The notes under the pieces: model-generated | Told to the model about the DNA's origin: nothing | The model's database searches: none | What the model saw: only the letters and a program-made list of their open reading frames with translations | Part shown: piece by piece, positions 12,582-26,405 of the stretch | Layout: every line of letters begins with the position of its first letter | How positions within the stretch are numbered: the stretch's first letter is position 1 | Source of the DNA: Octopus vulgaris | Taxonomy: Eukaryota | Direction: 5' to 3' | NCBI GenBank assembly: GCA_951406725.2 | Contig: OX597832.1 | Span: 3,968,001 to 4,032,000 of the forward strand | Length of the DNA stretch: 64,000 nt | Program-made: the position numbers and the translations under genes

Positions 12582-12584
<3 letters not shown>
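11993..12584. mobile_element. ~590-bp element inserted into the (TTA)n tract of the H1 left arm
   Basis: More GC-rich block with (TTA)n on both sides, splitting an otherwise continuous arm; ends with three copies of ACTGCATCAGGGCAT. Family not identified. Confidence 0.6.
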
Positions 12585-12675
<91 letters not shown>

Positions 12676-13017
12676 TAGGTCACTGCCTGGAATCGAACTT
12701 GGAATTTTTAACTTCATCCCACAGGAAAAGGTGGTCTCCATTTTGCCAGGCCCAATTTATCAATATCTCCTCATGTCACAGCTTTGCGATGTTCCTTTAC
12801 CCTTATTTTGAGGGTAGAGTAACATCTATATGAATAGCATATGGGAACCAGTATTAAGGAAGGATAGGAGAATATTAGGTTTATAAACCCTAAAATTCAC
12901 TCGATAATTGGCCATGGGCATATGGCATAGTGGCTCAGAGTGTGGGCTACTAACCCCATGATTCTGAGTTTGATTCCAGGCAGTGACCTGAATAATAATA
13001 GTAACAATAATAATGAA

Positions 13018-13048
<31 letters not shown>

Positions 13049-13096
13049 GCAATAATAATAATAATAATAATAGCAATAATAATAATAATAAATAAA

Positions 13097-13131
<35 letters not shown>

Positions 13132-13195
13132 CAACAACAACAACAACATCAAAAAATACCTTAGGAATGAGAACCCAGGTTCAAAATTTCACCAA

Positions 13196-13241
13196 GACAC
13201 CTGATGAAGGCTGGAGGGTATATCAACCGAAATGTTGTGTT
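13196..13241 (+). ncRNA. Minimal type-I hammerhead ribozyme motif (H1)
   Basis: Stem I GACAC/GTGTT; CTGATGA; A; stem II GGCTG/CAACC (consensus CAGCC); GAAA-TG-TT (four-copy consensus GAAA-CG-TT, palindromic ACGT stem III). Confidence 0.7.
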
Positions 13242-13829
13242 AACAACAAACAAGATGAGGACAAATAGGCATCAAATGTAAATAATGTACATAATTCCTC
13301 ATCTCTTAAATATAGAACTGTACATTGAAGGTAATTAAATTATTACAGATGTGGCAATCCTGTTGCATGGCACCTTAAGTAAGTATCTTCTGCTATAGTT
13401 CAGGCTGTCCAAAGGCTTGTGAGTGGACTTAGTAGATGGAAGCTGAAAGAAGCTTGTTGTACAGAGATATATATTCAGTCAGCCACTTGTGAATCTATAC
13501 ATAACTGGAGGAACAAATCTGTATTTGCTTTAGTGAGTACATATTTGTCATTATATATTGCTTGTACACAGTCACACTATCACTGACCCTATCTTGGTGC
13601 TTTCTCTATTTAAATACTTGGTTCTAGATATAATTTTCTTGGACTTCTTTTTCCTTCTCCTGACCTCTCCTCTCTCCCCTTTCTGATGAAAAGCCATGCT
13701 CAAAATGTTATACACCCTATTTTTTTTCCATCTTATACTATGTTAACCTAATATATTCCATGTGTACATCCTTTTGGCTTTTGTTGTTTTATTATTTTTA
13801 ATTTTCAGTTTGCCTCTATATATGCATAG

Positions 13830-13876
<47 letters not shown>

Positions 13877-15061
13877 CAGCAAAAGTGATTAATAGAATAA
13901 ATACCAGGTTTAAAAAAAGTACTGGGATTGATTCATATGATTAAAATTCTTCAAGGCAGTGCCCCAGCATGGTCACATACTAATGACAAAAACAATTAAA
14001 AGACAAAAGATAAAAAATACTAATGAAAGACCAATGGTAGAATATGAGTAGATAAGAAACACTCTCATATACAAGTAGAGGTCAGCCAAATATTTCTCTA
14101 GTTGTTTCAAAAATAATATAACTCAGGTTACATACTCTCTTACTTAACCAGATTATGTTAAGCATCTATTTTGGCTTTGAACATTTTAATCTCAATGTAA
14201 CAACCTCTGTTACTTTTTTTCTGTTACAAACCAATTATAAAGATTAAGCGTTCCACCTTCATTATGATCCATTATTTACAATTAGTTCTATCCCTACCCA
14301 TTATTCTAAAGTTTTAACCAATCTGTTACCCCGCCAAGTAATACAAGCTGTTATTTTTTTTATCTCTAATTACATTGTTAATCCTCATTTTTCCAATCTT
14401 TGTTGTATATAAATCAATTAAATTTATTTGAAGTAAATTCTACTTATCAAATTAAAATTCAGCCTTTGTCAAGCAAACTATTTTATCATTTGTTCATATT
14501 AATGTTGTTGTTGTTATGAAGTAGTATGTCCTGCATAAACAAGCCAATATCTTTGGAGCAATCAATTATATAGCTGAAACAAGCCATTCATGTTGTGTTT
14601 GGTTGAAGGGAGTGCAGTATGGTTGTCTGGGTTACATTCTATTTAGTTTGCATTTAGTTGCCCTGTTTATTGAGTGTTATAAGTGACCCAAAGGTTAGCC
14701 ATTCAAATCTTTGTGCATACACCAACTTCTATGTCAACATGTCATACAGAAATGTAAATAAATATAGATTTCTTTCTACAAGAAACAAAACTGGGTTTGT
14801 TTGTTTTTTAGTGGGCTGGATTATTGACCTCGTCCAGTTCTGGAATTTATCTTATTGACCACAAAAGAACACATCAATAAAGTAAATCCTTAAGGGATGC
14901 ATTAAATAATGTAGTCAACCCTAAAAGGTAGGATGATTATTACTGGAAGTCTTTTTGATGATAGTTTAGTGTTGGTTTTAATCATTAATCTTTCACTTAT
15001 AGCACAATATTTGATTGGCTGTGTGTGAAGATGAGAAAAACCACACTAATATCCATCTGAA

Positions 15062-15275
15062 AGGTGGTGAGTTGGCAGAAATGTTAGCATGCTGGACAAA
15101 ATGCTTAGTGGTATTTTGTCTGCCTTGACACTCTGAGTTCAAATTCCACTAAGGGTCGACTTTGCCTTTCATCCTTTCAGGGTCTATAAACTAAGTACCA
15201 GTTGTCTACTGGGTTGATCTAATCCACTGGTCTCCTCCCCCAAAATTTCAGGCCTTGTGCCTAGAGTAGAAAAGA
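15062..15275 (+). mobile_element. SINE family B
   Basis: GGTGGAGTTGGCAGAAATGTTAGC...GAGTTCAAATTCC...GTCGACTTTGCCTTTCATCCTTTC. Confidence 0.8.
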
Positions 15276-17559
15276 ATATCCATCTGAATTTTCATATACA
15301 TATATATATACTACTTTGCTCGTATTTACATGTTTACATATATTTGATTTACTGGAACAACATTTGCATGATAATCAATGGAATAAGTAGAAAGAGTGAG
15401 AAATACTGTGTGAATGTAAGTAATATGTGTATGATTCAATAATACAACTCAAGAGGTATACCTTTTGTTGAATACAACACAAGCATGTCAAGTAAAAAAA
15501 GAGTAAAAGAGGATATGAGACTAACTCACTGAGCAAGTGACATAGCTCCATGTGGACCACTGCTAAGTACCCTTAAAAAATGGTGAGATGGTATTAGAAA
15601 CAGCATGTTAACTTTTCAAAGATAGATTTTTTAGATTAGGAATTTAAATAACTACATTGTTGCAACATACAATAATGTTTATATTGTGTCGTCTGAGAAA
15701 AATGGGTGAGAGACTGTACATGTGTGATTGTGTGCTGTGAAAGTGTGAGAAAAAGAATGAAATAGTGTGAGATGATAGAAAGAGAAGGAGTGTGCCTACA
15801 ACTCCATTATAACTAACAGTCTTTTAGCATTTCTCTTCTTAAATCATCCTTGTTTTACCCAAAGTGGGCCTTGGAACCAGGATTTTTTCCAGGATGATTT
15901 GGGATTTATGCGCCAACTTTGGAGAATATTAATTGAGAAATGGTAAGAAATGTTTTATGAGAAATAAACATTAATGCTTATAGATATAAATTCTTGAAGT
16001 TAAATCTAAAACAAAATAGAACTTCAAGAAATGAAATATTATATAAATATCAAAGATTAGACTTCCCCCTCACTGCACTTCTCCATCTAATTTTTAGCTA
16101 CTTTAAATTTTACACTTCTCTCCTTTGCTCTTTTTAGTAAGAATTATTATTAACGCTAATGATTCTTCTCCTTCAGTTGGTGAAAAATTCTTTATGGCTC
16201 ACTATATTAAGTTTGTTAGCCTATAATTAACTAAATATAACATAGTAATTTGGCTTGTTTCCTCAAAAGAAATATGATATTGCAGAAACATGTTATTCTA
16301 AATGCTATCAAGTTATATGTAATGTTCTGGTGGGCTGAGTCTGCAATGCAGCTTCTTCACCTGTCAGCGGCCATTTCGTTTAACTTAGTTAAATACTCTT
16401 GATAAAGGCATTATAACTTTCCAACTACTGCACTTTTTTCTCTTTTGAACAAACGTAGCTAATCATTCATTGATGAATGCTACGGGTTAGATAGAGACAA
16501 GTAGAAAATACAGAAATTAGCTGTTGCTATTTTACTCAATTTATTTCAGTAGCAGAGAAAACCGATAAAAAAAAATAATGGAAAACAGGTATTATATTAT
16601 TAAGACATTGAAATTCTACAGATCTCATGTATTGAGAGGAAGTAAACTTACTTTTAGATACTAAACTGGCAGCTAACTTTCAGCAGACGTCTAACAGAAT
16701 AAAACATTCAGCATTCATTGCTTGAAACTTTCCAATTGAATCTATCTTTTGTTACTGATCTATTACACATTACCAAACGAAAGGTTACAAAATGTAATTT
16801 GTTTTATGTAACCTGTTATTTCTTGAATGAGATGTTGATGAAGAGAGGGTGTGTCTCACACCAATCAGCTGTTGGTGTATTTGTGGACCAGTAATCAGGC
16901 TAGACTCTAGTGTTTAGATATTTTGTGAGCTAATGGCATCTTTTACTTATATGAGTCATTTCACTGACCTTTCCAGTGTTCCATTTTAATCAATATCCAA
17001 CGTTACTTGTTATTATTTCTTGTTCACACTAATACTCTCAAGTTTCTTCTCTCTTTTCCATCACAAGTAGCTTTCTCTCCTGTAAATTTGTATACAGAGT
17101 TGAATTAATGTTGTTGCTGCTGCTGCTGCTCTGGATGATGATTGTGATAGGTGTGATGATGGTGGTGGTGGTAGTGGTAATGGTTGCGCTTGTAGTTGAC
17201 TGGTGGTGGTGATGATGATGATGGTTTGAAGTTCAAATCCTACAGCTCAAGTGCAGGCTCCAGTGTTGATGCTATAGCAGTTGTATCATTGTGTTGGTGT
17301 ATTTTCCAAGCTTATATGTTTTCTTGTATGCGGAAATAATAGGGAGATGTTTGAAGGAGATTTAATTTCTACATTTAGAAGGTTTTGCAATTACATAAAA
17401 GATATCTCATTAGACAATGACAACAATCATAGGTCAAAACACTGATGATGGTAGTGATGATGATGGTCAAATTTACTGACTCACAGGTTTCTTTAAAGAC
17501 ATTGCACTTTAACAGAAAATAGAATTTCTACAAAAGAAATTACATTCTTGTTTAAATCA

Positions 17560-19960
17560 TTATTGTCATCATTTTCCTCCTCATCATTGTTATCTTCATT
17601 GTCTTTATCATCAGCAGCATCAGTTCATTGCACTGTATATGAATATAAAATACTGGTTTTTGTTGGTATTTTCTCTTTAAACTATCAAAACTTAGCAAAA
17701 ATGCTTCAGATAGAATGTACCTTTCTAAGGATATAAGCTGCTTAAAGGAGGGCATGTTTTGGGAGATTTGCCTTCTTGATTTATGGTTCAACCATTCCAG
17801 GTTGCTTTTTTTATTGAACTTATATTCCTATGATAACTAGTACAACTTTCACTTTTACTGCTGGCTATCCCCACATTTTTGTCTGAAGGAAGTGTAACAT
17901 CATTTATGAAGCTTTTCCTTTTTTTTTATATTATGTATAATAATATCTGATCTACAGTGTTTAATAAGTCTACCTGAATGTCAAAATCCACTAGAATCTT
18001 TGGTTTACTAAATTCATTTAGAATCTTTTTCTGGCATGTTATTGTATCATTTGTCTTGAATGCTGTATACATATTTCTTCACAAAGTGATCTGCATAAAT
18101 TGAGACACACTTTATCATGATATCACTTATATCCTTTCTGAACTAATATTTTTCAACCTGCTAAAATATGATTAATATTTTCAACATGGTGATTACAAGA
18201 GACTTTTGAAGTTGTGTATTAAATATCCTTACCCATTAAGTTATTATTTAGAGCTTGATCTTAAGTAGTTACCAACAAACTCTCTGTTTCTCTGTTTAAA
18301 TCTTTACTCTGGAGTCACTGCCATGATAAGTCACAATTTTTCTCAATCTTGCTGACTTTATGGAACAGAAAATATAACTATTTCTACTGATACTTCTTCT
18401 CTTTCAAACAGTATCACCTTTGGTATGTTTTCTTCTCCCCAAGTTCAACAGAATTAACTCCTAATTCTATTACAGCATTTTTAAGTAGTTCTTCACTCTT
18501 TGCAAGGAAGCGGCTTACTGACCGTTGTTCTCCATTCACATAATCAGAAATGCTAAGTCCTCTTTTGCCATTCTTTCATTACATGTATAAATGATTGGTT
18601 TTTACTTTGGATGAAAGACTATAAGCATAGTTAGTTTGTTTTTTTTTTATATTTGATTTTCTTTTTAAAGTATGTATCTCATTTTTGTCCAGTTCACTGT
18701 TCCAGCTCTACAACACACAACAGCAACCATGCATGTGTTGAACTCATTTACTGAATTACTGGGATTAAGCTTGGACTTTAATACATACTTTAGTTTTTTT
18801 CAAATGTTAGTTTTGTTTCCATTTTCCCCTTCATTTTCTTATGTCATCAAATGTCATCAAATGTCATCAAATTCTGCTATACCTAGATACTTGTATCAAT
18901 TGTCATCAAGTTCTAAAATTCATTCTTCCAATAAGATTATTCCATTAAAATGGGCTGTTTTACTTCTTTCATAGCAAAAATCACTCATTTTGATGTACCA
19001 AACTCCATTCCAGTATTACTGCAACACACATTTACTGATTTGATTATTGAACTGATGTCTTTTTTTGAGTTTGCAAATAACTTTTAGCCATTCATGAAGG
19101 TGTCTTCAAGAGGATTTTGAGAAAATGCATTTCTCCTTAGTTTACAGCCTATCTTGACAGAAACATGCACTAAATGTCATTGAGAATATATGATAAATAG
19201 CTAAAGGGAGCAAGAATCTTTTAATAGCTATATTTTCCGGTGATTTTATATTTATCATCGGGTTTGTTTATCAGTATATCCTACTAGCACTGAGGACATT
19301 GAGAGATTTTCAACTATGTTAAACATTCTAAGGGAGTCCACAAGTTGACAATAGGGCACCATACACACATCTGTCATCACCTGCAGTTCTTCATTATCAT
19401 TTTGTCAATGACCAAATGGCACTTGATGCATTTTGAGTGTTATTTATACCCCTGCTATTCACTTAGTAGTAATGTGTTCTCAGAAAAAAATACTTGTTGG
19501 TAACTTCTATAACAGATTGGGGAAGGTTATTGGTCAATACTTTTCTACTGCATTCATCATCATTGGATCTTTCTTAATCAATGTTGTTTGTCTCTCAACC
19601 ACTCCCTCCAATACACTTCCTTGTATTACACATTCATTGAGATGATGATTTCTGATTTGGCCATGGAAGCTTTTCAAAGATTTCACCCAAAACTGATGGA
19701 CACCCTTTTCCATGGGGCAGTATTTCTACCTGCTGCAGGATATTGTCTCTAGTTAAAGAGATTGGTTGTTGCTTCTCAGTACTGCTTAGTTCTGCTTTAA
19801 CTATTTTATTCTATTCTGTATTTTCATTATATTAATTAGGCACACCCAAATTCTTGTCTAAAATTCTTTATTGACATCAAATGTTGCTTCCCTGTAATTT
19901 GGTGTTAATGTTTCCATTGTATCTCCTCAAATGTTACTGTAAAAATGTATTTCATTTGAT
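17560..19960 (-). pseudogene. Old R4/Dong-type non-LTR retrotransposon (RT, zinc knuckle, restriction-like endonuclease), heavily decayed
   Basis: Ordered minus-strand motifs: APWK..GVHQFWVKSL; TTLIKKDP..KY*PIT; FMNG*KLFANS..NTGMEFG; SWQ*LQ..ETESLL...DQAL; INHILAG..YHDKV; KILVDFDIQ..RSDIII..DVTLPSD; terminal HALL*AAYILRKVHSI* ending near 17706. Confidence 0.75.
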
Positions 19961-20206
19961 CTAAAAGCTGCACTAAACATTGCAACATTGTCAATTTGTC
20001 TGTCAGTCTACCTGTCTACCTGACAGTCTGATAACTCTACAAATTCACTATCTGCATGTGCATATGCATACACACACATGCATACATACATACACACATG
20101 CATATATATACATACACAAACAAATACACACAGAGGTGAATTTTGGATTTAAAGCAAAACTTATAATCTGTGTTGCTCTTTGTATGTATATTTAAATATA
20201 ATATGC

Positions 20207-20252
<46 letters not shown>

Positions 20253-20351
20253 TATAATATGTGTGTGTGTAAATATATTCATATATACATGTTTATATAT
20301 ATGTACATATGTCTATCTGTGTGAGTGTTGTGTGCATGCATGTGTAAATAT

Positions 20352-20512
20352 ATGTGGCTGTGTGGTAAGAAGCTTGCTTCTCAACCACATGATTCCATGT
20401 TCAATCCCACTGCATGACACCTCAGGCAAGTGCCTTCTATTATAACCTTGGGCCAACCAAAGCCTTGTGAATGGATTTGATAAAAAAGAAACTGAAAGGA
20501 GCCCATATGGAG
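20352..20512 (+). mobile_element. SINE family A 5' half
   Basis: TGGCTGTGTGGTAAGAAGCTTGCTTCTCAACCACATG...GTTCAATCCCACTG. Confidence 0.8.
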
Positions 20513-20526
20513 GTATATATATATAG

Positions 20527-20660
20527 GGGGAGAATTCACAAAAAAACAAAGGGTGAAAACAGGTGGTGTTGACAACAAACAGATGTATTGGTTTAATACT
20601 TGGGAAGTGAAAAAGTCTTGAACGTTTTGAGCCTATGCTCTTCCATAGAAAGGAACACAG
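20527..20660 (-). mobile_element. Family H2 hammerhead-like short element
   Basis: Colinear with 3758-3900; minus strand CTTT-CTATGGA-A-GAGC-ATAG-GCTC-AAAA-CG-TT. Confidence 0.6.
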
Positions 20661-21590
20661 GGTATTGAAAAGAATTTCGGTGGAAATAAGGCCTAGTCTT
20701 GAAAGAATTTTCCAAAGCTCCTGTGTATGTTTTGTATTCTTGTGAGCCAGCTATCTATCTATATGTATGTGTGTGTGATATGTGAGTGTGTAAATATATG
20801 TGTGCATGTGTGTGTGTGTGTGTAATATATACATGCATATATATATATATATAAAGTCATAAATGCAATGACAATGAAGTTTCAATGTTGTAATGCAGTA
20901 GAGAAATGATTAAGGAACAATATTTGATTGATTATTAAAATGGTCACTTGTTAAGTAGATTATAATATTAGTCGTTATGATATATAAGAACTATACAACT
21001 GTGGTAAGTTGCTTGTATACACAAGTTGTTTGTTTGTTGCAGTGAAATGTGTTTTGGTTCCATGGTTCATTCTGAGTGGAAGCTAGCTTCTTCCCTGAGC
21101 TGCTAGAGAGATGGAAAGAGTAATAGTGCCTTTAATATTAGAGAGAGCAATAAGTTTAATTTCATGAATTATTCTTTAACTTGAATCTAGTCAAATGCTC
21201 TTGGTTGACAGATGAGTTACCAAAAGAGAAAGATAGCTGTTTGCTAGTGTCTTTATAATGTTTCTAATTATAGTAAGTCAGCTGTGAAGAAAACGATTTC
21301 TCCACTATATCTGTTCTGACCCTTCTGTGACTGGAGAAGTTCTGAGAGGTCAACACAATCTCATTAACTTCTGAGTGCAAAAAGGCTAAAACAATGGGTT
21401 GAAGATTTGTTTAACAATGTTGAAAAATGTGGATTTGGTTTTGAATATTAGCTTAGCTAGCTATTCTGTAGGTGTTCACTACATATATATATATAGGTTA
21501 AGGCTACCATTGGTTTCATGTTAAGGGAGGTACCTCAACAATTATCAAGCATGTCACATGGAACATCAGTATTTGTCTCCATTTTGGTTT

Positions 21591-21638
<48 letters not shown>

Positions 21639-22614
21639 ACACATACAGACATGTATTAATAAAATGCAGAAAACATATTTGGTATTTTAAGCATACATGT
21701 GTTTCAGCAAATCAACTGACAGAATTTCACAATTTTTTGTGGAAAATTACATAATGTTATTGAATCACCTCATCAGTGTTCTATATATGTATTTGGAAAA
21801 GCTGCTGATTCGTTCTGTCACTACTCAGAGTTTTCCACACTATATGATTATTGTTTCAAGCATCTACATGATGAACAAAGGACTTCGATTTAACCAAATG
21901 ATGAAGAACACTGAAGGAAGATTGGATGAAATGCTTTGTGATACTGATGTACTTAGGTGATTGGCCTAATCTGTTACCTATTTAATTAACATATCTCGGT
22001 TCTTGTGAGCCTTTTTGCAGACTTTACTTTGTTGCAAGCTTTTAGGACAGGTTTCTTCTCTCCCTCCAACCAGTCTTGAAGGCCCTGAAAAGGATCACAG
22101 GCTCTAAAAGACACACACACACACACACACACACCATGCACACATCTGCTATATTATATATGTATGTCACTATAAATGTGTGTGTGTATGTGAGAGAGAG
22201 AGAGAGAGACAGAGAGACAGACAGAGAGACAGACAGAGAGAGAGAGAGAGAGCTATTCACTGATGGAAACAAGTAAAAGAACAGAAGAATCAATGTATTT
22301 CAATGAATTTATACTAAATTTCAGTTTAAATTCATTCTTCAACTTCAACTATACTTTGCTAGTAATAATAAATATTGTACTTCAAATATAGAATTGATAC
22401 TAAATTAATTGAGTAAAACTTATGAAAAATTATGACAATGACTTGTAGATTCACTCTTAATCTGTTCTGGCAGATTCAATTGTGGCTGACAAGACAAAAT
22501 GATGTTGAAACACCGGTTGTCCCAAAATCTCCTTACACTAACGAATCAAGTGTGCTATGAACACACATTCATCCAAAAGGATTAGCATGTTGATGCATGA
22601 ACTACACCAGAATA

Positions 22615-22785
22615 TATTGGTTTCAAATTTTGGCACAAGGCCAGCAGTTGTAAGGGAGTGGGTAAGTCAATTATTTTGACCCCAGTGCTCAACTGGTTGA
22701 CCTCAGCAGAATTTGATTTCAAATCATAAAGTTGGAAGAAGTGCCACTAAGTATTTTTTTCCAGCATAGTAACAATTTGCCAGTG
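22615..22785 (-). mobile_element. SINE family B, decayed
   Basis: TTTTGGCACAAGGCCAGCA...GACCCCAGTGCTCAACTGG...GTTGACCTCAGCAGAATTTGA. Confidence 0.55.
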
Positions 22786-25700
22786 CATATTAAGAATGTG
22801 ATACACATGTCATTATTTTGATTCTTAATGTATATGATGATTTATTGTCAATTGACAGATATTAGTGTGTATCAGCAAATAATTTGTTTCCTGAAGTTAT
22901 AAACAAGAGCTACAAACTATTGTTAGATTCATTAGTCCAAGGCAGCTTCGACTGAGTAGACACAATGATGCTGAAACATTGAGTTTCCCAGAGTCCCCTT
23001 GCACTCTTGAAATGTGTGTGTTTTAGGAACATACATTCATCTGAAAGAAATTGTTCTGTAGTGATGATATACAACAGCAATTAGCATATTCATGCTTGAA
23101 TCTATGAAAACATTTTAAAAATAAATGTTGTTGTTGTGATTCTCACTGTTCAATTGTGCACATGATAATTCATTATGAAAAATTAAAATTTAAAATAATT
23201 GAGTGCTTGATTTTTCTGTAATAATCTGAAAATGTCCCAATTCATAGAGAAAAAAAATCATGACACTTTTGAGGTTTCACTGGAAGAAATTTGAACAGCT
23301 GTTTGTATTCTTATGGACAATAATATAATTAGAGATTCCTGACATTTTCAAATGTAGGCCATTTTAAGAAAACTGCATTAGTGGTCAAGGAAATGAAAGA
23401 GTTTGTCACTAAAAACTCTATACCAATTTCATATGAAGCTAAAAACTTAAAAACAAAACAAAATAAGAAAAGACCAACGCTGGTATAATTACAAGATGCA
23501 AATTCCTTCTCATGGAGATGAAAGTAAATTTCTAGTATTTTAACATTAATGACACTTCTATACATACCTCAGCAGATACATTGGAAAAGGATTTCTCTGA
23601 AATATGCGAGTCATTAACATTTAGATGTTGCATTTATCTCATTTGAAAACTCCCTTATTGTTGTTATTGATGCTGTTTAAATAAGGAAGATGAGTGGGTT
23701 ACAGCCTCAAATTCTCAGAAGTAGATTTGATTAGTAAAACACAAGAATTTTTTGTTACTTTCATAGTTGACATTTAAATAGTAATTGCAACACTAAAGGG
23801 AAAATTACTGCTTAAAGACCTTGTCTCTGAATTTAATTTCATTTAATTTATATCATTTTATCATAATTTCATCTTTAATCAGTGTTATCGTTGTCATTGC
23901 TTACAACAGCAGCAGTCATAACAGCAGTCAAAGCAGCAGTATCAAATAGATATACTGATGTCCTTCCTAGAAAAGAAGGGGAGAAAAAGTGGTATCAAAA
24001 CGCCTTACATGATGAGTAGGTGCTCTGACATAACCCCACAAGTATATAGTGATTGAGAGTAAAAAAGTGTTCTTAAAGAGTCAAGACAATACAAATGGCA
24101 AGATTTGAACTTTGAACCTGCTAGTTGGTGGTCAAGCATCTTAACCACTTAGCTATTCAGTAAATATTCCATGTCTTTAGCCATACTTTTGTCTGCTTTC
24201 TTCTTTTTGCTGTCTCATTTTTTCTTATTTTTCATCATAATCCTGATTTTTTTTACCTTTTGATCATCTACAAAATTCTTTATATTTATTTTCTTTTCTC
24301 CTTCTTCCTTTATTTTCTGCACATTATTATTTCCACTAACACTATCTTACTACTGCTTCCTCCTCCACCTCCTCCTCATTGTCCTCATTGTCATCATCAT
24401 CATCATTTTTTATGGATATTTATAATCAATTCATTAGTTCTACCTCAACAATATTTCACTACCATTATCATATTTTTTGCTTTCACTCCTTTATATTTCC
24501 TTTTCACATGAAAGATGATTAGTTTTCATTTCTACTTAAGAGAAGTATTTTACCACTATTTTTTTTTATCAGTAGGTAGTGATGAGATATCCTTGATAAA
24601 ATTTTAGCTTCATTAGGTTTGGCACAAGGTTAATTTATACCAAGGAGGGACAGATCAATGAGTTTTACTATGATGCTTCACTGGCACTTATTTTATTGAT
24701 CCTCAAGGATTTAAAGTCAGAACTGTAAATGACAAAATTAAATATTGTAATGCATTTAACGATCTACTATGTCAGCCAGTCAATACAAAATAAAAAACAA
24801 ACTCTCCAACACACTCACTCTTAAGAGAATATTAAAATAGAATTATTGTCTGATTCTCAAAAAGGAAGAACAACAGTATGCTTTTCAGAAGGTTATTGCA
24901 TTTAGCAGGATTAAACTAATGAGCTTTGCACTTTAAACCAAACCTATTTACCACCTCAACAATCATCACTTCTTTACTCTAGTTTTAACAAAGAAAGAAA
25001 ATAAATCATTTGGCCATTTCATCTGTAAGTCTCCTTGCAGCTGTTTCAAATGAAAAATAACAAGAGAAAGATTGACATAAAGAGGAAGGCACTCTAAAGT
25101 TAATTGTAGCAAATCACTTACTACATTCGTTCAATAAGAAACATTGGAATGATAATATTTATTTTCTAAAAAGCTAGAAAACTCCAACAATTTTTTAGCC
25201 ATAGGTCTAATGCTGTGTTGATATTGCCACTAACATACAAGTCTTGAAACCTTTTTATTTTATAATCAGCATCCAATATTCTATGCATATCATGCTAAAT
25301 ATTGATTTTCACAGACTGTTATTCCATCTCATTCGGCAATGATCTTTGAGTAACTGTTAAGTGATCTGGAAGTGATCAATAAGCTGGTAACATTTTTCAT
25401 GGTAGGATAAAGCTAAAAATCAACAATGATCTGATAGCTATAAAAATAATAACGCTATTTAAAAAATAAAATGATATTTCAAGAGTAGATTGCAGATAGC
25501 TTTCTTATTCTGTTCTATAAAGTTCAAATATGAAAGAAGATTCTCATTCAGAAGTATAAGAATCAGATATATTTAGTTAATGTTATACTTACAAGAAAGG
25601 TTAGAGATGTTGTTTATTGAAAGAATACATGGTTTATCCTTAAGTAAAAGAGATTTAATGTAATCACCCGAATGTGCAAGTCAGTGGAGTATATTTATTG

Positions 25701-26405
25701 TGTACACTCCATATACTATTATGCATTATTTCTATTTTAACTTTTTAGACTTTATATAAATATATAATGTATTTAAATATGAAATGCTTCTTTTATCAAA
25801 CAGCAGTCTAATATACATAATTTTAAACTATTTATGATTCATTTTTCAGAATAAAAATAAATTGTAAATAGTTATTGAAGCATTGAGGTTGGTGGAACCA
25901 TAATGGCTGGTGAACAAAACATGTTAGTAACTGCTTGTAATTATATTCTCTTTGGTGGGGAGCAGGATATGGATGGTGTATTCTCAAAAACAGTGTATTT
26001 ATTTATTTAGAAACTAGCTGGTAGCTATGAAAGATCCCTAGGTGATAAATGTTCAGTTTTATAGTTAAATACTTGTGGCAAACTGTATTAAAGGGATTAA
26101 TTATATAAAATACTTTTTCCTCTTTATTAATAAATAATAAAATTTACATGCAATTAAGTACTCAGCTATATACAATTTCATTATTGGCTAGCTAAACTTA
26201 TAATGCATATTTCTATTCTGTACTTAGCTAACTAAATGACTTGTCAATGTTTAGAGAGATAGTGAAAGTATCATAGGGGCTACTAATAGTATGTATGTTC
26301 AATTCTAAAAAATTAGCCCCACAATAATGTGTTTATTTTAAATTATGATTGGTTAAATGAAACAATAAGTAACAACTAATATCTAAAAAGGTATGTCAGT
26401 TTTGC

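Larger units (their letters stand above)
11794..13320. mobile_element. Penelope-like inverted (head-to-head) pair, family H1: tRNA-like head, (AAT)n, hammerhead
   Basis: Left arm (11794-11992 plus 12585-12708, minus strand) is the reverse complement of the right arm (12960-13295). Hammerhead cores at 11848-11893(-) and 13196-13241(+); A/B boxes at ~12922-12977. Confidence 0.8.
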
